A DNA stretch of 64,000 nt, from the IMG/VR virus record IMGVR_UViG_3300025534_000213, positions 65,576 to 129,575 of that record, one strand, 5' to 3'. Positions within the stretch are counted from its first letter, which is position 1. Every line of letters starts with the position of its first letter. The translations under genes and the position numbers were made by a program. Positions 37,015-44,881 of this stretch are shown here, piece after piece. A model generated the notes under the pieces. That model was not told where the DNA came from. It saw only the letters and a program-made list of their open reading frames with translations, and did not search any database. Origin of the DNA: a virus.

Positions 37015-37203
37015 CCTTGGAATCGCGTGGACCACGGCGCTGACCGGTTCTCTCCGATGTGGGACTCGAACCCACAAGGCCATCACGCCACCAACCGACA
37101 GTCGGCTTCCGTTCGCTCGGAAACCATTGGGTCAACGCCTTCCGGCGTCGCCGAAGCGTATGCCAGTTCCGCCACTCCTGCCGTGGCCCACGCGATTGCA
37201 AGG
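37015..37203 (-). ncRNA. Candidate 189-nt tRNA-mimicking structured RNA
   Basis: 23-bp terminal helix, tRNA-Leu-like D-arm and canonical T-arm, no anticodon loop or acceptor end. Confidence 0.65.
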
Positions 37204-37204
37204 A

Positions 37205-37230
37205 AGTCCCCCGGATCGATCCGGGGGACT
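37205..37230. repeat. Perfect 26-bp palindrome
   Basis: AGTCCCCCGGATCGATCCGGGGGACT. Confidence 0.85.
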
Positions 37231-37236
37231 GAGGTG

Positions 37237-37593
37237 TCAGGCTGCGATGCTGGCCTTGCGGTTCACCTCGCGCGCGATCCAGATGTTGATCGCCTCGGCG
37301 CACTGCTCGGCGTACTTGTTCAGGTAGTGGTCACGCACCTCGTTCACATCCGTACCGATGAAACGGTTCTTCACGACCGTACGCTGGTGCAGATCGATGA
37401 TGACCTGCGCGCGGGTCAGCATGTTCGGGGTGACGCAGTCCACGACATAGGGCCGCTCGAACACGGACCAATTCTTCGGCTCCATGGCCCAGCCCTTGCG
37501 CTCGGTGCGCACACCTTGTGCCGGACGATGGATGGCCTCGACGATGAGGAAGGGGCGCTTGCGCAGATAGCGCGGATTGTAGCTCTGGTTCAA
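37237..37593 (-). CDS. Conserved hypothetical phage protein
   Basis: TTG start with CAGGAG RBS. Confidence 0.75.
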   Translation of the reverse strand: MNQSYNPRYLRKRPFLIVEAIHRPAQGVRTERKGWAMEPKNWSVFERPYVVDCVTPNMLTRAQVIIDLHQRTVVKNRFIGTDVNEVRDHYLNKYAEQCAEAINIWIAREVNRKASIAA

Positions 37594-37694
37594 ATGAGGT
37601 CTCCTGAAATGCCGTTCAGTGGAACGGATTTAGCATGACGGTGAGCGCCGCGCCAGTCCAGATCGGCCTCCGTTTGACCGGCGCGGCGGGTGTT

Positions 37695-38639
37695 TCAGAG
37701 CGGCTTGCCCAGCGCGATGCGCGTAAGCTCCACCAATGCGCCCGCCAGATTGATCTCGGCATCCGCTGCAATGGTGTGCTGGTAAACCGCCTTGCGGATG
37801 ACCAGCAGCGCATCGTCCTGCTGCTCCTGCGTCTCTCCGAACAGTTCGAGGTTCCGGTAGAAGAACCGGTAGATTTCGGGGTACTCCTCCGGCTGCGCCT
37901 TCTCGATGATCAGCTTGCGCGCCTCGTTGTAGCGGCCTTCTCGGAACAGCACGAGCACCTCGACAAGGAAGTCCGTCGCGGCACCATCGTCGGCACGCGG
38001 CGGATGCAGCTTCCCGGCTCGGGTGTTATCCTGCATCAGGCCGATGCATTTCCGCATATCGGGGTAGCTCACATTCACATAGGTGAGCAGATCATCGACA
38101 TCGAATTCCACGCCTTCCTCGGTCAGGATCGTACCGGCGCGGAGCGAGAACTGTTCCTTGTCGAGCGTGGCGAACCGCAGTTCGGTGAAGCGCGACTTGA
38201 GCGCCGGGGTGATCCGGTGCTCGTTGTTGCAGGTCGCGATGATCCGGCAGATATCGGAGTAGGTCTCCATATCGGCGCGGAGCATGTCCTGTGCGGTCGG
38301 GGAAACCCGGTCGAACTCGTCGAGGATCACGTATTTGATGCCGCTCAGACCCAGCGCCCATGTGCTGACGAAGCCGTTCAGACGGTCCTGAATGTCCTCG
38401 ACCTTCCGCTCCTTGGATGCGTTGATGTAGAGGATATCACCCGCCGGGATGTTCAGCACGTTCAGCAACATCTTGGCGAGGCTGGTCTTGCCGCAACCCG
38501 GACGGCCGGAGAGGAGTAGGTGGGGGAGGGCACCTGCGGCAACCCATTCCTCTGCCTTCTCGCGCATCGCGGGATCGCGCCAGACATACTCGTCCATGGT
38601 TTTCGGGCGGTATTTCTCGACCCACAATTCGACAGCCAA
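37695..38639 (-). CDS. gp44: Sliding-clamp loader small subunit (RFC / T4 gp44-like)
   Basis: WVEKYRP, GRPGCGKT, INAS, ILDEFD, LKSR, PDMRKCI. Confidence 0.93.
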   Translation of the reverse strand: MAVELWVEKYRPKTMDEYVWRDPAMREKAEEWVAAGALPHLLLSGRPGCGKTSLAKMLLNVLNIPAGDILYINASKERKVEDIQDRLNGFVSTWALGLSGIKYVILDEFDRVSPTAQDMLRADMETYSDICRIIATCNNEHRITPALKSRFTELRFATLDKEQFSLRAGTILTEEGVEFDVDDLLTYVNVSYPDMRKCIGLMQDNTRAGKLHPPRADDGAATDFLVEVLVLFREGRYNEARKLIIEKAQPEEYPEIYRFFYRNLELFGETQEQQDDALLVIRKAVYQHTIAADAEINLAGALVELTRIALGKPL

Positions 38640-38658
38640 TGTCTTTCTCCAATTGGGG

Positions 38659-38757
38659 TTAGCGAACGGCGTTGATGATGGCTGCGACGGCAATCCGGGC
38701 CGCAGCGCCCGCCATATAGGGCGGGATGGCCTCGATGACGGCAAGCAGGCTGAGCAT
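38659..38757 (-). CDS. Possible 32-aa hydrophobic peptide
   Basis: Fills the intergenic gap; below the track cutoff. Confidence 0.4.
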   Translation of the reverse strand: MLSLLAVIEAIPPYMAGAAARIAVAAIINAVR

Positions 38758-38769
38758 GGCTGCCCAGCC

Positions 38770-39000
38770 TCAGGAATTCGGGGTCACGGTGATCGTCGCG
38801 CCGCGCTGGATGGCACGAACGACGTGCGCGATTTCTCTGCGCCCCTGACGGAGCCCTTCGTCATAGCCGCGCATCAGGGCGTTGGCGAACCAAAGGATCA
38901 CCGAGTCCTCATCAATTTCACAACCGATGCCCCTGACAGCCCGGCAGAAAGCGGCGGCCCACTCACGTGCATCGATGGTTTCGAAGAACGGGTCGCTCAA
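38770..39000 (-). CDS. Small hypothetical protein
   Basis: DAREWAAAF...LWFANALMRGYD; TTGA-coupled start. Confidence 0.6.
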   Translation of the reverse strand: MSDPFFETIDAREWAAAFCRAVRGIGCEIDEDSVILWFANALMRGYDEGLRQGRREIAHVVRAIQRGATITVTPNS

Positions 39001-39176
39001 AACGGGTTCCCTTTGTCCAATGGAAGCACGAGGGCAAGACGATATGACAGATAGTTCCGTCCTTCGGAGCGATACACGAAGCCCTTCTTGATGAGGGCTT
39101 CGTTGATCTCCTTGCTGAGGAGTTCGCTGTCCCTGAGACCACCGGGCGAGTACCAAAGATGTCGGAGCATCAACAT
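38997..39176 (-). CDS. Small winged-helix-like protein
   Basis: 59-aa ORF below the track cutoff; stop overlaps the next start. Confidence 0.5.
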   Translation of the reverse strand: MLMLRHLWYSPGGLRDSELLSKEINEALIKKGFVYRSEGRNYLSYRLALVLPLDKGNPF

Positions 39177-39218
39177 CTCCGTAGGTCAATGCCCCGACAT
39201 CAGTGGATTGTGGGTTGA

Positions 39219-39518
39219 TCAACCCTTTACCTTGGCAGCCTTGACGACCTTCACGGCCTTCGCCGGACGGGTATAGCGCCACACGCGGGCCAGACGGCCC
39301 TCGGAGGTCCGCCGGGTACGGCCGGTGTCCTGCACCTTACCGGCATCGGCCAGCGCGCGGCGGGAGTGGCGCACGGTGCTGTTCGACAGGCCCAGCGCAA
39401 TGCTGATCTGGTCGTCAGTCGCGCCAACGGCGCCCGTGCGCCGGATGTACTCAAGGATCATCTCGCCAGCCGTGGCGGCATTGGCGTAGGCGGGGGTCTG
39501 CATCAGGTTCGTTGCCAT
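39219..39518 (-). CDS. Winged helix-turn-helix DNA-binding protein
   Basis: ATDDQISIALGLSNSTVRHSRRALADAGKVQDTG. Confidence 0.75.
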   Translation of the reverse strand: MATNLMQTPAYANAATAGEMILEYIRRTGAVGATDDQISIALGLSNSTVRHSRRALADAGKVQDTGRTRRTSEGRLARVWRYTRPAKAVKVVKAAKVKG

Positions 39519-39575
39519 GTTCAATGTCTTTCTCAAAAATGCCTTTTGGATTTGCTGTAGTGGTGTTGCTTGTTG

Positions 39576-39929
39576 TCAGAGCGTCGTGGGCTGGGCCGAA
39601 CGGGGGTCCGTATCGGAGGCCAGCAGGACGCTCTCAGGGTAGTCAATGCGCCAGAGGCGCACCGTGCCCTCCGGTAGGGCGAGGTCGAAGCCGGGCGTCC
39701 AACGGCCATGCTTCACCAGCACCCAGTCGCCGGGCTTGAGATCGGTGACATCCGGGCCGACGGCGTAGACCTTGCCCCATCGGTCACGGATGCCCTGATC
39801 CTTGCCATCATCGTCGGGGATGATGATGCCGCCCTTGGTCAGGCGAGGACCACGGTCTAGGTCGGAGACGAACACATTGTCCTTGATCGGACGGAAGTTG
39901 CCAGCGTTCACGCGATTCGAAACGGTCAT
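39576..39929 (-). CDS. groES: GroES-like co-chaperonin
   Basis: RPIKDNVFV, TKGGIIIPD, GKVYAVGP, LKPGDWVL. Confidence 0.85.
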   Translation of the reverse strand: MTVSNRVNAGNFRPIKDNVFVSDLDRGPRLTKGGIIIPDDDGKDQGIRDRWGKVYAVGPDVTDLKPGDWVLVKHGRWTPGFDLALPEGTVRLWRIDYPESVLLASDTDPRSAQPTTL

Positions 39930-39992
39930 GCCTAATCCAAATGCTTTTCTCAAATCGAGAGGGAACCACAATAATGCGGTGCTCGATGGAAA

Positions 39993-40256
39993 TCAAGCGG
40001 TTTCGGAGGCGTCCGAGGTGCCGCAGAAGAACATGGCGAACAGGGCCGCCTTGACCGGGTCGTGAATGGTCATCGGCACCGGCAGGCGCACGCGGGTCTC
40101 TCCGGCATCGTCGTCGGGGAAGGGCAGCCAGTTGGGGGTAACGGCATTCGCCTCAAACCATTCTCTCAGGATGTCCCAGTCCTCGTCGGTCGTCCAACTG
40201 AGGCGGAACCGGACACCGTGTTCGGTCCAGCGCGGTGGTCCGACATGGAGCGTCAT
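39993..40256 (-). CDS. Hypothetical protein, EW...AxxFxxFF family variant
   Basis: ILREWFEAN...DPVKAALFAMFF. Confidence 0.7.
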   Translation of the reverse strand: MTLHVGPPRWTEHGVRFRLSWTTDEDWDILREWFEANAVTPNWLPFPDDDAGETRVRLPVPMTIHDPVKAALFAMFFCGTSDASETA

Positions 40257-40303
40257 GCTTGATCTCGTCGAGGGAGGCGGCCATACGCCGCCTCCCTCAT
40301 CGT

Positions 40304-40921
40304 TCAGGCCATCAGGGGCAGATCGCCGACGAAGGGGCGCAGGTCATCCTTGCGCCCGAAGATGTAGGCGCAGGTGTCGAGCGGAATGGTGGCGGGCTTG
40401 GGGTTACGCTGCCGCTCGATGTCCCCCTGCGCCACGACGGCGAGGATGATGGCGTGAAACAGCCAGCCGAGAACCCCGGAGACAAGGGCGAAATCCAGAT
40501 AACCGAACACCGCATAGCCGAAGGCGAGGAGGAAGAAGTACCCCACCAGCGATAGGCCATGGTCCTTCCGGGGCGGCGTCGCCAGCGGATAGGAAGGGTC
40601 ATGGGTGATGCCCGCGTGGTGTCCGGCAGCACGGGCCTCGGCCACGCGGGTGCGCATCTGGGCCTCGGTGACGCTCAGCACGACACAGGTGCCGAAGCCA
40701 CGACCGGTCTCGCTCTCCCACTCGTTGATCATCGCTTCGAGCGCCAGCGCCCGGTCACGAACCGCCTTGTCCTCGTGCAGCGCATTCTCGGCCACCCAAG
40801 CCCGGCCCTCGGCGATGCACTGGTTGGCGGCATGGCTTCCCTGCGCAACCGCCTTTCCCGGATTCATGTCCGGGCGGTCGGCGCGCATCAGGATGTAAAG
40901 GTATACGGGAGAATCGGGCAT
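40304..40921 (-). CDS. Pth2-like peptidyl-tRNA hydrolase with inserted TM hairpin
   Basis: YILMRAD..MNPGKAVAQGSHAA, HDPSYP, DTCAYIFG. Confidence 0.75.
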   Translation of the reverse strand: MPDSPVYLYILMRADRPDMNPGKAVAQGSHAANQCIAEGRAWVAENALHEDKAVRDRALALEAMINEWESETGRGFGTCVVLSVTEAQMRTRVAEARAAGHHAGITHDPSYPLATPPRKDHGLSLVGYFFLLAFGYAVFGYLDFALVSGVLGWLFHAIILAVVAQGDIERQRNPKPATIPLDTCAYIFGRKDDLRPFVGDLPLMA

Positions 40922-41022
40922 CGGCCACCTGTCGCTTTCTGAAAACGGCGACGGGGGTAGGCGATGCCGGGGCGGAAGTCAAGGGAAGGTGGTTGCGGAA
41001 AACCGGGTTGTTCGGTTCAGGG

Positions 41023-41670
41023 TCAGGGGATGACCTCGACGTTCTGCTTGGAAATGAAATAGGTCTTGCCTTTGATGCGGACGTTGGGGTGCCCCAAAGT
41101 CATGCTGGTCACCTTGCCGACCTGCCCGACGAGAGGCCCGTATTTTTCCCGTTCGTAGTCATTGACGAAATTGTCGATGATCCGAACCTTGGCGCCCGCT
41201 TGCAAGGTGGAGATGGAGGGCGGAGCGATGCCGACCTCGACCCGCGCCGTCGGATGCTCGGGCCAGATGCACGCCTGACGGATGTCCTCATTGCCCGCGC
41301 CGCGCCCGCTCAGGATGACGAATGCGTCGTGCTCGCGCCGGATGGCGTCGAGGTCGAGGCCGATGAGATCACTGCCGTTCGCGTGCGGCATGACATAGGG
41401 GTTCCACACCACGACCCGGCACTGCTTCGGTTCGCCGAAACGGGCGGCCATGTGGCGGGTAGGGGCCACATAGATGCCGTCGCCGAGGAGGTAGTCGCGC
41501 CCGAGCTTCGCCTTCCAGCGGTCGGAGAGGGGCGTGCTGCTGCCACCGACGCCCCGCCATGCGTAGAACATGGCAGGCTGGCCGGTGGTCAACTCATCCC
41601 ACGGGGTCTCGGGCGGTGTCGTCCCGGCCTCCACGAGGGTCATCAGGCGGCGCATCTCACTCATCGGCAA
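41023..41670 (-). CDS. ADP-ribosyltransferase-like protein, possibly virion-packaged
   Basis: WRG, GDGIYVAP...A.RFG, VWNPY, HDAFVI strands; MSEMRRLMTLVE N-terminus. Confidence 0.55.
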   Translation of the reverse strand: MPMSEMRRLMTLVEAGTTPPETPWDELTTGQPAMFYAWRGVGGSSTPLSDRWKAKLGRDYLLGDGIYVAPTRHMAARFGEPKQCRVVVWNPYVMPHANGSDLIGLDLDAIRREHDAFVILSGRGAGNEDIRQACIWPEHPTARVEVGIAPPSISTLQAGAKVRIIDNFVNDYEREKYGPLVGQVGKVTSMTLGHPNVRIKGKTYFISKQNVEVIP

Positions 41671-41685
41671 TGCCTATATCCGGCT

Positions 41686-42000
41686 TCACTCTTTGTCGGC
41701 AATCTTCCGGGTGCGCTTCACTGGTGCCAGTTCACCCTTCTTCTCGGCAGCCTTCACGGCCTCGGCGGGGGTGAGCACCTCGGAGGCGAGATTCTTGAGG
41801 GAGACCTGCTTCACCGCCTTCGGATTGGCGCGGTGGTACTCGGCGCTGATCTGCTCGGCCCGCTTGATGACCTTGCCGCCGGGGCCGACGAGATCACCGC
41901 GCGCATTCATCCCGGCATTGCCGAGGGCGACCGTCTCCGCGTGCTTGGCGATGTAGCGGCTCATGTCGAGCACCTCACCGCGCATCGAAACAACCTTCAT
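41686..42000 (-). CDS. Conserved late phage protein
   Basis: SMRGE...LGNAGMNARGD..GPGG; late promoter at 42032. Confidence 0.75.
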   Translation of the reverse strand: MKVVSMRGEVLDMSRYIAKHAETVALGNAGMNARGDLVGPGGKVIKRAEQISAEYHRANPKAVKQVSLKNLASEVLTPAEAVKAAEKKGELAPVKRTRKIADKE

Positions 42001-42031
42001 GGGGAACTCCTGAAATCCGGTTCGTTCCCCG

Positions 42032-42038
42032 TATTTAG
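42032..42038 (-). promoter_or_regulatory. Late promoter -10 element (CTAAATA)
   Basis: Heads the 42000-41023 genes. Confidence 0.65.
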
Positions 42039-42186
42039 CGTTCTCACCGGTTAAAACCGTTGGCCGGAACGGCAAATGCCCGGTCGGCGCCAGATGGCGA
42101 AACGCATGGTTGGTCTGTCACCGGAAGATCGTATACCGGCGGTCCTGCCGAGCCGCCGAGGTCGGTGTATTTTTCGAGAGACTTGC

Positions 42187-42441
42187 ATGATCCGCAATGC
42201 ATTCTTCAAGACCGGTGCATGTGCCGCGCTGGTCCTGTCCCTGACCACCTGTGATCCTTACAATCCCGCATCGCGCGCCGTGGGCGGCGGGCTCCTCGGC
42301 GGTGCTGCCGGTGCCGGGATTTCCGGTATCGCGGGTGGGGACCCGGCGACGGGGGCGCTGCTGGGGGCTGGTGTCGGTGTCCTCGGCGGCGCCCTCTCGA
42401 CGCCGGAGCGTCCCCGGCCACATGGCCGCCACTGGCGCTAA
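42187..42441 (+). CDS. Glycine-zipper lipoprotein
   Basis: Lipobox LTTC followed by GxxxG repeats. Confidence 0.75.
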   Translation: MIRNAFFKTGACAALVLSLTTCDPYNPASRAVGGGLLGGAAGAGISGIAGGDPATGALLGAGVGVLGGALSTPERPRPHGRHWR

Positions 42442-42456
42442 CAGGTCCACGCGCGC

Positions 42457-42490
42457 AAGGCCCGGTGGAGGCTCCCCACCGGGCCTTTTC
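42457..42490 (+). terminator. Rho-independent terminator
   Basis: AAGGCCCGGTGG/CCACCGGGCCTT stem plus T tail. Confidence 0.75.
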
Positions 42491-42511
42491 ATGCCGGGTT
42501 TTCCGAGCGGA

Positions 42512-42712
42512 TCAGGCCAGTCGGTTCCGACGGATGGCAATGGCCGTGCCAGCCAGTCCGATGAGGCCGATGGCGGCAAGAAGCGCCGTTGCGACGATGA
42601 CCTGCCAGTCACCCACATGAAGGGCATACCCGAAGGCAGGCAGCGTCAGGAAATTGACGGCGGAGTATTTCCGGACCGGCGAAAGGGCTCGTCGTATCCG
42701 GGATGGTGTCAC
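42512..42712 (-). CDS. Small membrane protein
   Basis: Two hydrophobic segments; GTGA-coupled. Confidence 0.55.
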   Translation of the reverse strand: MTPSRIRRALSPVRKYSAVNFLTLPAFGYALHVGDWQVIVATALLAAIGLIGLAGTAIAIRRNRLA

Positions 42713-42930
42713 CAACGCATCTCCTGCCCACGGGTCCAGACCATGACGTTGAAGCCCAGCACCGGCAGGCCGAGCAGGAGACCGGGCGCAAGAGCGATGG
42801 CGACCGCATCGGGCACCGGCTGGGTTGCCATGACGAAGATCAGATACCCGAGGAACAGGAGGAGTGCGCCTCCGATGACCCGGACCAAGTACAGTTCGAT
42901 GGGCATCAGGCGTCGGCCGCGTCGTGGCAT
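42709..42930 (-). CDS. Small membrane protein
   Basis: Two hydrophobic segments; GAGAGG RBS. Confidence 0.65.
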   Translation of the reverse strand: MPRRGRRLMPIELYLVRVIGGALLLFLGYLIFVMATQPVPDAVAIALAPGLLLGLPVLGFNVMVWTRGQEMRW

Positions 42931-43019
42931 GTTGGAATCCTCTCGTGTCTCTCAGGACCATACTGCGTAAACACGGTGATTCAACCAAATTAATTCGGTC
43001 AAGATGGACTGGTGGTGAC

Positions 43020-43722
43020 GGGCTCCGTGAGGCTCGCTTCGCTCACCTCACGGGCGTGCCTGCGGCTCGCTTCGCTACGCCTTGGCACGGCTTTGCCAAG
43101 GACCGTTCAGTCGATCAGGCAGGATGATGATCTTTCTCTCCCTCGGTCACGCACAGTTTCTCCCCCTGCTCCACCGGGGAGCCACCCAGAGGGCGGCCGG
43201 ACGATGGAGCAAGGAGGAGAAATCAACGCGTCACGCGATGACCGCATCGCCGCGAGCCGGGTTTACCCCGGCAGCAGGTGGTATCCGAACCCTGCATATA
43301 ACAGCGTCTCCCGAACCCGATCCCGCCTACGGCCGCCCTTGGGGCCGGATGGCGCGTGTGGGTTCGTGCCCGGCCTAGGCCGGGGGAATCGTTGCCCTTT
43401 TTCACGCGCCGGGCTTGCTGGGCCAGCGGATCGTCGATGGTTCATACGGTTATCGCCCCTTGCGAGGGGCGAAGCACACCCGACCGGCAAGCGATAGACC
43501 GGCCGGATGCAGCGGGTTGACAAACAGTCAGTCAGAGCCCGCATCTTGCGGTGCCTTTCGCGGCCTGAGAGCCGCCGGGAGCCGACCACGAAGGGCCGCC
43601 CTGCCTGTCCAGCTACAGCTTGCTGTCCGGTCTGCGGCCGACTGGATACGGCCTCACTCCCGGCATCGCTTCTGGGGCGGCGGTGACCCCGATGATGACC
43701 GCCTGCTGGTATGTGATAATCG
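43020..43722 (-). ncRNA. Candidate large structured non-coding element (about 700 nt); strand inferred
   Basis: No credible CDS; many perfect hairpins; same orientation as flanking genes. Confidence 0.5.
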
Positions 43723-43724
43723 AT

Positions 43725-44789
43725 TTATACCGTAGCCGTCTCCTTCTCGGCGCCAGCCAGCCGGTTGGGCACCAGCACCTTCTTCCATCCATGCTGCACG
43801 GTCCGCACGTGATCCTTGCGGACATACTTGCCGACGCAGTGCCGGAACTGCCCATAGGGGAACTCGTCCGCGATGCGCAGCACATAGCCTTCACATCGCT
43901 CCCAGTCCCGCTTCGGGTCGTAGAGCTTGCGAATGGCCGCCTCGTCGTAGATGCCATCATAGATCACCTTGACGGGCGTGATGCCCAGCAGGGCGAACCA
44001 CGTCAGCGTCTCGTCCCATGACAGGCAGACGTTGCGGTCGTTCCAGACCGAGAAGCCGAGGAAATAGCTAGGCAGGTCGTCATAGGCGATGGAGTGCTTG
44101 GCGTAGAGGTTCTCGCCGCACACCCGCCAGCCCTCGGGGATGTCATGTCCGATCTCGGAGCGGAACTGCTTGACCCAATCGCGCTCCGGGCCGCCGCGCG
44201 AATCAAGGCTGCGCGCGTGCATCCCATCCCGGTAGAAGGTGGTGTTCTCGCCATCCATCTTGATCGTGGCGATGACCCGCCTGCCCTCGAACGCCGCCAT
44301 GGAGGCGAGCATCCGGTCGTCATCGTTCATGCCGTCGGACCACGGCAGATGGTAGGTGCGGGGGTACTTCACCCGGTCGGTGAACAGGTGCAGCACGCCG
44401 CCCTGACCGAGCACCTTCTGCACGCTCTCGTCCCAGAACAACTCGCCGCGCAGGCGGTTGCCATTGGGGAGGATCGGGTTGCCCCACTTGTCGTAGGTCT
44501 GGTCCTCATAGAGGTGTTCCGGCAGGATCGGCTTGGTGATGCCGCAGGCAAGCCGGACCTCCTCGACCGACAACACGGTCTGTTCGCAGAGCATGTGATG
44601 CTCCTCGCAGACCGACGCCCCGTTGTCGAGGTAGTAGCCGCCATCCGACCACAGCCTCCGCTCAAGGATATGATGGGCGTCCTTGGCGGGCGCGCCGCAG
44701 AACACGCAGCGGTGCTTGTCGCGTGCGAAAACCCCGTCGCGGAACGCATCCCGCGTGAGGAGCGTGCGACCGTCTGGCGTCGTGACCAT
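43725..44789 (-). CDS. HNH-domain / RNA ligase fusion protein
   Basis: N-terminal RD.HRCVFC...DAHHI...NGASVC..HH; ligase motif I KMDGEN, GENL, FSVW, EGYVLR, KYVR. Confidence 0.85.
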   Translation of the reverse strand: MVTTPDGRTLLTRDAFRDGVFARDKHRCVFCGAPAKDAHHILERRLWSDGGYYLDNGASVCEEHHMLCEQTVLSVEEVRLACGITKPILPEHLYEDQTYDKWGNPILPNGNRLRGELFWDESVQKVLGQGGVLHLFTDRVKYPRTYHLPWSDGMNDDDRMLASMAAFEGRRVIATIKMDGENTTFYRDGMHARSLDSRGGPERDWVKQFRSEIGHDIPEGWRVCGENLYAKHSIAYDDLPSYFLGFSVWNDRNVCLSWDETLTWFALLGITPVKVIYDGIYDEAAIRKLYDPKRDWERCEGYVLRIADEFPYGQFRHCVGKYVRKDHVRTVQHGWKKVLVPNRLAGAEKETATV

Positions 44790-44881
44790 GGCAGACCTCC
44801 TCCTAAGGGGTTGAATACGGTTCCGGTAAACCAGATAATGTCGTTCTTTATGGGAAGGGCCGCCTGAAGTCAAGCGTTGCG

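Noticed and set aside
37015-37203. YrlA/Y RNA, tmRNA, or an intron-containing tRNA-Leu
   Set aside because: The arm order is D then T (YrlA, as I recall, is permuted T then D) and there is no Ro60 gene here. tmRNA lacks a D-stem and needs a tag ORF and an Ala acceptor end. Removing the 43-nt insert does not yield an anticodon loop, and the acceptor strands do not pair.
43437-43490. Group II intron domain V
   Set aside because: AACCGTATG resembles the start of domain V, but the complementary ACGTACGGTTC-type strand, domain VI and an RT ORF are absent.
43263-43589. 108-aa ORF within the structured tract
   Set aside because: No RBS, low-complexity Arg/Pro/Gly composition, and it overlaps many perfect hairpins.
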